Source of the DNA: Botryllus schlosseri
Taxonomy: Eukaryota
Reading direction: 5' to 3'
Assembly: GCA_051294905.1 (NCBI GenBank)
Contig: CM119372.1
Span: 24,740,001-24,804,000, forward strand
DNA: 64,000 bases
Shown: positions 53,701 through 64,000 of the stretch, piece after piece
Layout: each line of letters opens with the position of its first letter
Position numbering within the stretch: position 1 is the stretch's first letter
Position numbers and translations under genes: made by a program
Notes under the pieces: model-generated
Told to the model about the DNA's origin: nothing
The model's database searches: none
Seen by the model: only the letters and a program-made list of their open reading frames with translations

Positions 53701-56700
53701 GCAGAGGAAAGCCTACTTGAGTGCTCCGAAAAGGTAACAGTGCTTCGTCAGTGACCACCTCTGTATGATTATGGTTGCTGCTATACGCATTCTGGTAGTT
53801 TGCCTGTGGTGTAAGCCAAAAGAGTTCTGAACCACTGTGGTAGTGTGCCGCGAACTATTTTTAATTTTCAAAGTGTGCCGCGAGGTCAAAAAGGTTGAGA
53901 ACCACTGACTTAACATATCTATTGTGACGTGGTGAGCCAATACAAAGTCACAATGTCTGGGTCTGGCCAAATATTCGCCACCGGATGCCCAAATTACCAT
54001 CATCCTGTCCATTGACAGAATAGTGCAAGCATATATGTGTTTGAGTTTAATTAAAACCTGTTTGGCCACCTACAGCATGCTTACATTGATTTTCATCCTC
54101 TTTTCAAAGATAAGGACACATCTTTTGAATGAGAGCGGTATGGCGACGCAGTATCTATACAATACACGGTATGTCTACAAAAAAATTTAATATATGTGTA
54201 AATTGTCAAAGAATTACACATTGCTAATGATCAATATCCGAATTCATCAAAATTTGTAAAATACGATCCAACAAATTATATGATGAGTTATCGAGAGTTT
54301 GTTGTATGATATTGTTACTAAGTCATGCCAGATGCCACGGGAATGTTTTACGGATGTTTTACGAAAAACACTGAGATATTTCAATTTGATGCTTATGGTA
54401 TACTCTCTTTGTAAAAATATATAACTCTGGACTTAGCAACCGAGGTCTACGGTATATGAGGATGATTGATTTCTTACACTTCCTACTTCGCTAAACATGA
54501 AATATTTGTCGTATGTGTTCTTGTGACAGAACATCAACCCTAATGTACGTGATATGATGAAAACTAAACTAAAATTTTCTATATGGTATATGGCAGGGGT
54601 GGCCAACCTGTGGCCGTACGGCCGTATGCGGCCGTAGAAGGTATTTTGTCCGGCCGTGCGCACGTAATTCAATCAGTATGTGTTGGCGGCCGTCGACATG
54701 CAATTTGAATTTACGAATTCAGTCCCGGTTTCTCGGGAGATTTTAATTATTCTTGAAATTTTCTTCGGCCTGCGCGCGATTCAATGTGACGTCATTTTCT
54801 ATTTAATATAGTAGCGCCCTTTGCAATCTGATCCCCACAGTACAGATGCCAACATCAGAGGGAAATGATGCGCCTCATAGAAATACCAACTCGAAATCGT
54901 GTGCTCCTCGCTATACCGACAACCCTGAAGGGATGTCAAGAAATTACAGCATGCAACAAGTGACTAATAACAATTGGCCCAGCCGAAGATGCATCATCAT
55001 TTATAATTTACCCTAAATTTTCGAAAAAAACTCCATTAACTATATCGGTGAGTCAGATCACGTGTGCTGAGAAGGGACAAATGTTTGATAGTAATATGTA
55101 AAACTACTAATATTAATAACGAAATTCATCAGAGAATCTGAAAAAAATTTAGCGCTTCGCGGGACTGTCCACAATCCGATAGCGTGACTCGCGATTTCGG
55201 TGCGTATAGTAGGCGTGTATGACTAAATAGATTAGTCCAAAGTGTACCGGAAATGGACATAGACCTTTTAACATGGGTATTTGGCGTCCAGCGAGTTCAT
55301 TGCGACTACGCCCTGGAATGCGGCCGTAGGCTACATGAGTGGTCGAAATGCGGCCGTGAATGGCAAAAAGGTTGGTCACCCCTGGTATATGGTGAGCCTG
55401 TGGCATGATAATAATCTTTCAGTTTTAGAAGTATGAAAAACGAAGGATTTGATGGACGCTATTACTCACTTTCTACGGGTTTCATTTCTCAAAGACTGGT
55501 TCGCTCTTACTAGCTGTCTCATTTTGCCTCGTAATGCGATGTTTGTGTATCTTACATTGCGCAGCATATTCGACAGTGCGCCTATGGTCGCTTTATTCAA
55601 GGCAACCCCTTCCTCCAATGATTCCATCCTGGAGCTCTGAGTTGTATTCATCTCACCAACGACGTCCAGTATACCTGCCAAAGCGCGGAAGAAAATCGAG
55701 CTATTCTTGAATAATTATATTCAAATCATCTATAAAAGTTCATTTCGATATGCGTGAAAATGTATATATATATTAGGGTTGTTCAAAAATATATTTTTTC
55801 AGATTTTCGCGGCTATAATTGTTAGGTTGGCTAAAAAACGTTGCACACCAAATTTGACTCTATTCCGACTAGTAGAAGCGAAACTATTAGAGTCGGAAAA
55901 ATTTGAATTTTTAATTACAAATTTTACTGTCTACCACATCGGATTATGCAGTAGTCTAATAAAACGGTACACAGCAAATTTGGCTAAATTTCAACTGGTA
56001 GAAGCGAAGGATTTGAAAAAAATGATATTTATTGTGGGTAATCCAACAATTTAATGAAAAACTCGAATAGATTCAAGTCTACGAGCTGGATTGAGTCAAA
56101 TTTGTTTTTTTTTTATAGTTTTCATACATAACTTTCAATTTAATGGGTTAGCCAGTCAAATTTGAAAAAAAAACATATTAAATTAAAAATTTTCAAACTC
56201 TATTAGCTTCACTTCTAATCATTGGAATTGATCCAAATTTGAAGTCCAACGTTTTTTTAGTAAACCTAACAATTTTAGCTAATAACCGCAAAAATCTGAA
56301 ACAAAAAGTTTTTGAACAATCCTAATATTTGAAGAGCTTCTTGGAGGTACAGACCTTCAATATACAATTGAATAGTATATTTACATTGAAATGAACCCGA
56401 ATATTTTCGGCTGACACTCGTCAGGGGTAATCGTCAGCATCTAGTATAGAATTGGAAAGAACATTTTATACATTGTAATACGATTGTTGATATACAATGT
56501 TCTTTCCAATTCTCTACTAGTTGCTGACGATTACCCCTGACGAGTGTCAGCCGAAAATATTCGGGTTCATTTTATTATGAATATACTATTTAATCCTAAT
56601 ATATCTAAATTATATATTGCTTCATATGCGCGTCGGTGTTCGTGCAATTCATAATATTTACTGACTTCCCGTCCTTGTCCAATAATTATATGTCTTTGGC

Positions 56701-59700
56701 GCGATCACATATATTTGGATGTAGGCCTACCGTGCATTAATACATAGCAGTAACAATAGCTCAGTGGTTTCACCGATAGTCTCGAAGACCAGAAGTCGTT
56801 CGGCTGTAGTCTTCACAATTTTGAAAATTGCATTCACCTGCTATACCTGCATTAACTTGCGGTATCACTTTGGCAACTACCCCATTTTGCAATCTTGAGA
56901 GAAATTCGTCACTATTCACTTGGTCAGACACTGAGATGATCTCATCACGCACATTGCGAATATCTCCTGTGGTGCGTTCTGACTGTAAACGAAATATGTA
57001 TCCTGCGTTTGACGTTTATGGCGTATAATTATGCTTTATACCAAAATATCGACTCGCCGCTTCAAGCTCCTCTGCTGTTGTAGCGAGTATTTATGAAAAC
57101 CGTTGATTCTTGTGTGCATTTTGTTAATGATTTTACGATACCTCGGAAACGTGGCATTGAGTCGAACCACGACGTTTGCAATGTCTTCATAGTTCCATAT
57201 CTAAATAGAAACTTTATTCTATGTATGACTTCTCGCGGTAACGCCAGTGTTTGTGTCATAAAGCACCGTTACACGAAAGATTCAGTGTTTATATTTATCA
57301 AATTTGAATTGTATAGAGAGTTACTACCGTACCGCTCGACAGGCTCTCGAATACGTGTTATTCGGGGTACGCGTACCTCGGTTAGGATACGCTTCCATAA
57401 AGGCAGCTAGCGGTGCTTATGAGCCTACACCGTATCGTTGTATAAATACATGAAACCCTATAGGATCTGGACAGTGATATTCAATCAATACCAGGCATTG
57501 CTCTGAAATCTTACTTCCCCTCCGATGCTGAAATTACTTGATGTTGTTCTTTTCCTGTTACGTCGTCGGTGCGCTGCAATATGTTGAGATTGTTCACACA
57601 TGGATATCAACGTGATATGTTAGTCAATTATTAGGCTTACTGGTAAAATCGGTTGCAGGGGCGGTCGCGGTTATGGATTTCGTTGGCCGGCTGCCGGCAT
57701 GTCTGTCCGGGGTCATGAATGCAGTTTCTTCGCTTGTTAAAAAATCTTCTGGATCTCTGCCTTCAGTAACAATAGAGGATATTGTACTATTGTAGTAAAA
57801 TTCGACAAGGTCATATATGTGGAAGTTTTGTGCTCGTATTGCGCTGATTATAATTGTATCCAGTACAGCCATATCAGAGGTCGGGAACCTATGGCTCGCG
57901 AGCCATATATGGCTCTTTGGCAAATATTTATAATTTTGTACAGAATTGATCAATATTGCATCGACTTGTTAGTAACTTTTCATCACAGCCAGAATAATTA
58001 TTCTCGTGGCAGTATGAACATTAGCGCTGTTCAAAAATAACTTTTTTTCCCGGATTCCAGCCATTCACTGATTAAATTGTCAGGTTACCATAAAAAACGC
58101 TGCACACCAAATTTGGTTCAATTCTAACAAGTATAGGACTCCGCAGATCCAATTAAAACTTTTAATTTATTAGGGAAAATTTATAAAAAAAATTTAAAAT
58201 TTTTCTGCCAACCCCATGAAATTGTTGAGCTGTCTTCAAAGACAATGCAAAACAAATTTGAGTCAATTCCGATCAGTAAGAAGTGGAGTTATGTCAGTTT
58301 TTCGATGATAATCCTCGGATTATCCTTGATCGGTAGATAATCGGAGGAATATCAACTAAAAACTCACATAACTCCGCTTCTACTGGTCGGAATTGACTCA
58401 AATTTGTTTTGAGTATAGTATAGTACAGTATATAGCACAGTGGTCGGGAACCTTTTTTGTATGAAGAGCCATATTGGCCCTATTTTTTCCATCTCAACTT
58501 CCAAAGAGCCATACATGTCCATAAAATGTTACGTCACAATCGAAAATTCGTGACGTCGTGGTAGCACTAATTCGAACGCACTACATGGAATTCTTCGTGT
58601 GCGCCATATTTCGTCTGTAAAAACTGGTATTTATTGTTCGAAAATAAAACTCGAAACGAGAGGTAAAGCACAGACGGGCAAAGCCTCAACATTGATAACG
58701 CAATTCATCGTAAGTAGCTTAGAATTTATTATAACCGATATTAATCGAATGTGACTGTCACACTGATTCCGAAAATCTAAATACCTATCGACTTCTTAAT
58801 TCTCAAAGTATTCGGCGGTAATATAACGTTGCGCTACACGCATACATTTTATCGCCAGTACTACACAGAGCTATACTTACCAATCAAGAACGTGGATTGC
58901 TATGGCATTGTTTGTAATTCGAGTTTGTAATTGTGAATTTCACATCCACAACAGTTCATTTCGCGTTTTGAAATGGGCGTCGCCATATCTGCTATGCTCT
59001 TTGATTAATCAACGTATCGCACAATTCAAGATTTCGAGTCGGGTGCATAGAATTCGCGAGTGATATTGGCCGCCGGTGTGACAGTATCTTAAATTTGATG
59101 ATTTTGAAAATAGGGGGTCCGAGCCTCTAAACCTGAAGACGGCATTGTCTTTACCTCTCAAAGACATGGTTATACTGTCACGAGAATAATTATTCTGGTC
59201 GTGATGAAAATTTAACAACAAGTCGTTGCAATATTGATCAATTCAGTACAAAAATGAATATTTGGCAAAGAGCCATATCTTATACCCAAAAGAGCCATAT
59301 ATGGCTCGCGAGGTATAATATATATAGTACATAGTATATTTATCAAGTATGCTTAGGACTCCGATACCGTAGTTGACAAAGCTACAATTACAAGATGTTA
59401 ATACAGACATCATACTAGACTAGACAATCGATATCCCAAAATATTTGTCATTTTGTTCGAAATTCGCTTGTGCTCCTTTTATCGGTTAAGATAAGATAAA
59501 AAATCGATTGAAAGATATTCATCGAGTTGGTGGTTAGTGGTTTTAGAATTGATGTAATAGGCAACGTGAGAAGGGAATACAGACCTCCTTAGTGACCTGT
59601 GCCGGGTATCGCGATAAGCAGCTAATGTTCGAGGTATGCTAACAATAAGTTTAGTGTTCCATTCGATGTGCAATTGTGCATCTCCGTATAATCGGTATTG

Positions 59701-61874
59701 GTCCGCGCAATCGTAAATTTCATTGCTTCACTTGGTTGTCAAATAATCCATCTATACATAGAGTTGCATAAAACATTTGCTTATATATTCATATATTTCC
59801 AGATTATCAAAAGAATGATGTTTCTGGAGTATGCTGCTGCCGCTGAAGCGACAAAATGAAAATTATTTAGATACACCGTTGTTTTGCCACACAGTTCTAT
59901 ACATGGGTCATTCCAAGATAAGTCATTAACCACGGAACCCGTAAAGTATTCGTGTTAATATAGCATAAACGTAGGGGTGGTCAAAGTGTTGTCTCAAGTA
60001 CTCAAAGAACTAGAAATAACGCCGCGAAATCTTATTGTGAAAATGAAAGGTATTAAAGGACTGAACAAAATAATTTAAAAAGTGGATTTTGTAGAGGGGT
60101 TATACTTTTAGTGGTTAATCGGATGTGGCTACTTTCAAAATTTCAAGATGGATCTTTTCGACGAACGTAAATTGACTAATGACACTACCAATAGCTGCAA
60201 TGTTCGAAAATAGATTCGGTTATCGTGATACATGGGCTGTTTTACGCGGCTATCAATTTCACTGCAAAAGTGGAAGTACGCCGTTTCTGACCACCTCTCC
60301 GTGCATAACGCTTATTCATTGATAACTGCGAAGATTTGTGCGCCGCTCTACGATATCGCCTTTTAATGCTATGGCCATTTGAAGTTCGGACGATACGTGG
60401 TCAGTGGTCACTGTTCAGTGCTCAGTTATGCGTGAAATTGTCTCGATTTTAACCATCGAAATGTGAAAGCTCCGCAATGAAATAATTTACAGAGTTTCAA
60501 TTTTGAATTGTCCGTATCCTCGAAATGTACCGTGTCCTTACGTATATTAAATTCTTCCATATGAAAATTCGTCTCAAAGTAATTCATCACCGTCCATCGA
60601 AATTGGGGGTACGATTATAAAACATGAATACCGTGGTGAATACCGATGATGTCTATTTGCTCCAACTAATTGAAGGCATTCATAAATATCTATCTCATAT
60701 AGCCCACAATAAATCACTGGGCCATAGGAAGGTCTGTGCTACGAAATTGCTGTCGGTTTTGGGGTATCTTAAGGCTGCTGAACCTACAAAAATATGGATT
60801 TTGCGAATCTGGTCTAATCTTTCAGATTTCAGTCGTTCTGTAAAAAAATAATCCACTATAAATGTTCAAGTTTTGATGTGAGTGCTCTCCTTACGCTACA
60901 AAAGCGTTTTGAAAATGCAGAATTCCGTCATTGTATAATCAGAGTGTGTCATTACCTAGTACCTCCATGAATTCCGCGTAATGAAATTAGTCCTACCATA
61001 TTGTGTTACAATATTCAAAATCCATTTATGCATGGACGAAATTCGTTTGAGATAAGCTTCACTCAGCAGAGTCTAATAATTGAATATTAACAATCTTTCA
61101 TTAACTTTGATACGAAACTTTCAAATTTCGAAAATTCAAATCGAGGTTAGTTCCACGCACAACATTAATTGAGATATCGCAGATGGCTCAAGTATTCATA
61201 GTCCACTCATAGATCCTTCTTTTCAGGAGATTATAATGTCGTATGCTAATTCAGCATCTCCAAATTAGATAGCAACTGTTGAAATACCTTAAACTTTTGA
61301 AAAAAAAAGTTGTTTTTGGCCAGTATAAATTTAGTCCATGATATGACCAAATTCTGAAATAATGCTTTGCTTCAAAGCGTTCCTACGTCATATATCCATA
61401 ATTCGTTTTTAAGATACAGTTATCACTCATGCTTAAACCGAGTATTTGTATGCCCGTTAAAACATGTATTTGCTATGCTAATAATTTATGGGCTACATCC
61501 ACACCTCTGGAACGTGATTGTAACTGCCCAACAATCGCTTCTAGTTTGCTGAATCGCTTCTCAGTAGCTCGTTTCCATTTTTCGTGAGATTTCACTTTGG
61601 CGTTTGTTTTCCGCAGTGAGATTGTTAGCTCGCTCACCCTTCTCTGTAGGAGTAACATCTTATTGCTGAGGTAGGTGCTCCTTCGTCTGGAACGACTCTG
61701 CCATTGAAAAATAATCACGATAGCTGATGTTCAAATTGACTACATCACAAGAATGCAAATTTAACCCACAACACGTTGAACTGGTTTGACTGCGACACGC
61801 CTTTTCCCGCATGATAGGCATCGTTTCCATCTGGGCCTCTGTTCCAATTTAGCCAATTCAAGTCTTAATTTGGT
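32515..61874 (-). CDS. Multi-exon coiled-coil protein with C-terminal gC1q domain (EMILIN/multimerin-like); 5' end not located
   Basis: Exon chain read by eye, phase-compatible except at the 36-kb donor: 61770-61874, 61505-61697, 60784-60837, 57641-57760, 57515-57573, 57042-57200, 56838/47-56982, 55470-55674, 50818-50955, 50593-50746, 44446-44562, 42406-42551, 42254-42339, 42048-42175, ~41860-41992, 40836-41038, 40694-40780, 37942-38061, 37587-37713, ~36078-36210 (donor unresolved), 34947-35085, 34091-34223, 32893-33059, 32515-32731; heptad-rich peptides with many N-x-S/T sites; other exons may be missed. Confidence 0.7.
32893..33059 (-). CDS. Exon, gC1q domain N-half
   Basis: AAFSVGL...PVTFDRIFSNRGRRYDVSSGKFTAEFPGHYAFFV (C1q AF..FD...N.G..YD...G.F....PG.Y.F pattern); phase-2 join to the terminal exon. 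Confidence 0.93.
34243..34696. mobile_element. hAT MITE (TAGGGTTGC family), intronic
   Basis: TAGGGTTGCATTTAA TIRs; TSD CATGCAAT. Confidence 0.9.
38688..39780. mobile_element. Buster-like hAT element (family of 8002-9419, inverted) with nested MITE 39074-39357
   Basis: CAGCGGTTCTCAA...TTGAGAACCACTG; internal similarity to 8002-9419; outer TSD not clear. Confidence 0.7.
39912..40206. mobile_element. Buster-like hAT MITE
   Basis: CAGCGGTTCTCAAACT / AGTTTGAGAACCACTG; TSD TTGTACAG; inverted relative of 39074-39357. Confidence 0.9.
42741..43040 (+). repeat. ~300-bp dispersed repeat, unclassified
   Basis: CATAGTGTCCTATATGGTGT...CTTTCCATTTG...GGCAATTTGAC...GTGACGCAACAA; copies at ~2860-3150, ~4118-4420, ~9700-9930. 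Confidence 0.75.
43119..43602. mobile_element. hAT MITE (CAGGGTTGTAA TIR, GAGTC repeats)
   Basis: TIRs; TSD GTGTTAGC/GTGTTAGG; second copy at 51580-52050. Confidence 0.88.
45140..49885 (+). mobile_element. Full-length Ty3/Gypsy (Mag-like) LTR retrotransposon, copy B (intronic, antisense to host gene)
   Basis: 254-bp LTRs at 45140-45393 and 49632-49885, 1 mismatch seen; TSD AAAAC; PBS TGGTGTCAGAAGT (tRNA-Leu 3' end) from 45396; PPT AGGGGAGGA at 49622-49630. Confidence 0.98.
45444..49597 (+). CDS. Gag-Pol polyprotein of copy B with one frameshift (~45973)
   Basis: Gag from MDSG.. (45444); two CCHC knuckles; protease DTGA; RT FIDD; RNase H TDAS/EKEAL/TDHKPL; integrase HHCC plus D,D(35)E; frame open 45959-49597; net 1-bp loss at ~45973 and 15-bp in-frame deletion at ~46207 versus copy A. 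Confidence 0.93.
50005..50537. mobile_element. hAT MITE (TAGGGTTGC family)
   Basis: TAGGATTGCATTTAAAAC / GTTTTAAATGCAGCCCTA; TSD GCTAATAC. Confidence 0.88.
51580..52050. mobile_element. hAT MITE (CAGGGTTGT family)
   Basis: Homologous to 43119-43602; TSD CGTTTAAT/CGTTTAAC. Confidence 0.88.
52269..53907. mobile_element. Buster-like hAT non-autonomous element
   Basis: TIR CAGTGGTTCTCAACC / GGTTGAGAACCACTG; GTGTGCCGCG motifs; TSD ACTTAACA. Confidence 0.9.
54594..55384. mobile_element. Buster-like hAT MITE
   Basis: CAGGGGTGGCCAACC / GGTTGGTCACCCCTG; CGGCCGT motifs; TSD GTATATGG. Confidence 0.9.
55774..56324. mobile_element. MITE with long imperfect TIRs (TAGGGTTGTTCAAAA)
   Basis: TAGGGTTGTTCAAAA...TTTTGAACAATCCTA with an extended imperfect inverted repeat; adjacent to a (TA)n tract. 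Confidence 0.7.
56395..56438 (-). ncRNA. Minimal type I hammerhead ribozyme, family 2 (sense to host pre-mRNA)
   Basis: GCTGAC-GATT-ACCC-CTGACGA-GTGTCAGCC-GAA-AATATT-C-GGGT on the minus strand. Confidence 0.75.
56523..56566 (+). ncRNA. Minimal type I hammerhead ribozyme, family 2
   Basis: Stem I ACCC/GGGT; core CTGACGA 56537-56543; GAA 56553-56555; palindromic stem III AATATT; cleavage C 56562; upstream GCTGAC complementary to GTCAGC in loop II. Confidence 0.75.
57874..59314. mobile_element. Buster-like hAT remnants (CAGAGGTCGGGAACC at 57874, CAGTGGTCGGGAACC at 58438)
   Basis: GAGCCATA motifs; 57890-58010 is inverted-homologous to ~59180-59312; ends and TSD incomplete. Confidence 0.6.
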
Positions 61875-61935
61875 CTGTAAGTAAAAACACTAGTTTACTT
61901 GAAATCTACTTTATATTTTGGCGTAGCTGTGACAG

Positions 61936-63285
61936 CAGGGCTTTGAAGCCGGAGCTAGAGCAAGGAGCCGTGCATTTTCAGCTGAACCGGAGATGGGACC
62001 GGAGCTGTATATCAATTTGCGAAGTGGAGTCGGAGCCCGAGCTGGAGCCGGTTGTTTGAAAAGTAGCTCCGCTTCCTATGTATTTCACGAGATGCTATGC
62101 TACTACTATTGACTGAATTCACGTTATTTGACGGTAATTGTTCGCCAATATTAGAAATGTTGCCTCGTTGGCACTACGTTTTCTAACTAGCCATGTTCAA
62201 TGTCCATGTCCATGTCCAATTGTCCATACATAGTCGCCAAACTTGGGTAGGCTAGATATGCCGCGACTTTCTCCGTAATTACTGTATTGTGGGTATTCGT
62301 CATGCCCGCAATTTCGTCATCAGCGCAGCACCGATGACCGTGACCGTATAATTGTGCGGTTCGAAAAGTAATGATCGCTATGCATTTCACAAGACGGGAT
62401 TGATGCATATGAGTGAAATTCGACAGTGTGTTATTTTTTATTTAATTAAATTTCATTCGAGCGCATAATCGTTTACTTCTGTAACGATTTGCGAACGTAA
62501 ATAGGGAAATGCATCGAAGCAGCGCACAACACCATTTTAGTCCGCGGACGATGGTCGCGCTGCGAGCTTGTCAACATGTCAATGCGACGTCTGGACTACC
62601 TTGTGTTGTATATAAAAACACGAGTTCTTACAGGGCAGCAATTAGTGATTGGATGCGCGCTTTCCAGTTTGTAATCATAATTTTTGTGTATTCATTCTTG
62701 TCTGCTTGATGCACTCGTATTGTTGAATTGTCGCTCATTGTCATTTGAAAGCACGTATCGTTTAACTTGGTACTGGCACAGTGCATTGTGCACTTGTACA
62801 CTGTGATGCAGTGGCAGCAGTGCACTGAGCTGAATTAAGTGACCAATTACCGATGCAACACCAGATTCTCAGTGGCACTATTTCTAAGTTTATTCGATTC
62901 GTTTGAAGGGAACTTCATATATTCCTATGAGCCTGATCGACACCGGACGGACTGGTAACGAGCGCACCAATATCGAATTTCCAACCGTTGGCTGATTGAC
63001 TGAAAACGGATTTCTAATGAGAAGGTCGGTACATGCGCTCATATTGCTCTTGGTGCAGTTACACTTGCATAATCGCACTATTTCAAATTTCAATATTATA
63101 TTCGACTGTATGGCTTGATATTATCGAGCACAGTGCCGGCATTAAAACGTCACATCAGTAATTATCACATCACATCGTTGTTACCGACTACTGACTGAAC
63201 CATCCAATAGTTTTCGGAGCCGGAGCTGGACCGACTTTATGATAGAACAGAGCTCCGGAGCTGGAGCTGGAGCTGGAGCAGTTTG
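61936..63285. mobile_element. Probable hAT non-autonomous element with (GGAGCC/GGAGCT)n subterminal arrays
   Basis: Starts CAGGGCTTTGAAGCCGGAGC; GGAGCT/GGAGCC arrays at 61947-62050 and 63215-63280; right TIR not found. Confidence 0.55.
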
Positions 63286-64000
63286 AAATTTACACTCAAC
63301 TGCTGTGAGGCACATTACGCGTTAAAAGGTATTCCACGGCCTTTGATATTGATAACAGAAGATAGACTAACAATTTGACAGTTGAATCACATAGTGCCCA
63401 ATGTCATCCAATCGCTGGCGGTCGCATGTAATACTGGTGGTGATATATTTTCATCCAAATCCCGTTAAGCCACATGCTTTTAATAATTTTATAAGACCCT
63501 GTAGGCCTGTACTCACATATCGAAGAGATACCTATAGTACATTACACACTTGGCCTCGAATCCTAGAATCGGCCTCGGTCGCACTCAAACTGACAGTCCG
63601 TCAGGTTTAATTAGTGACAATATTGGAGAATTCTGGCACTAAGGAGTCACTCGAATTTCATATCGATTGATGAGTCACCAAGATAAGCCATTGATGCATG
63701 GTGTGTCGTCTCGGCTGTACCGCAAGTCAGCCCGAAATCTATATACCAGACAATGTAATCTATAGTATGCGTCTGGAATAACAGCTGTTGTCTGGAACAT
63801 GAGCTGATGTTCAACTGCGTGATAGTTGATTCCATTTGCTGTGGAAGTTATTACCTGCGTGTGAACTGTGATGCAACTTGATCTATGGAGGGATATATGC
63901 ACCGAATGAACAAGAACGATCTATCTCCTTCTTCTGACCCAACTATCCATGCACCCATATAAGATAAACGGATTTATTACTTTAAAACACAAGTCCGCTC

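Larger units (their letters stand above)
56329..56591. mobile_element. ORF-less Penelope-pLTR-like hairpin insertion carrying two inverted hammerheads
   Basis: ~100-bp inverted arms (~56370-56470 and ~56491-56591); 11-bp TSD AATCCTAATAT at 56318-56328 and 56592-56602. Confidence 0.8.

Overview
Eukaryotic, repeat-dense animal DNA. An invertebrate, possibly an ascidian-like genome, is inferred from 55-80 bp introns, abundant CpG and the TE families; the sequence does not prove this. Main contents: (1) an intact tRNA-Ser(AGA) gene at 382-463. (2) Two young, full-length copies of one Ty3/Gypsy (Mag-like) LTR retrotransposon in opposite orientation (27362-32121 minus, 45140-49885 plus), each with LTRs, tRNA-Leu PBS, PPT and 5-bp TSD, and each broken by different lesions. 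(3) A long multi-exon minus-strand gene (at least 61874 to 32515; 5' end not found) for a coiled-coil protein with a C-terminal gC1q domain (EMILIN/multimerin-like architecture), with polybasic furin-type sites and a GC-AG intron. (4) Many non-autonomous hAT elements with 8-bp TSDs, nested up to four deep at 13-17.4 kb and three deep at 18.4-26.2 kb. (5) A Penelope-like GIY-YIG fragment plus two sequence families of minimal type I hammerhead ribozymes with palindromic stem III and an apparently covarying 5'-extension/loop II pseudoknot. One family forms an inverted, TSD-flanked, ORF-less hairpin unit inside an intron of the C1q gene. The ribozymes are the most interesting signal. All exon models and RNA folds were read by eye and need computational confirmation.
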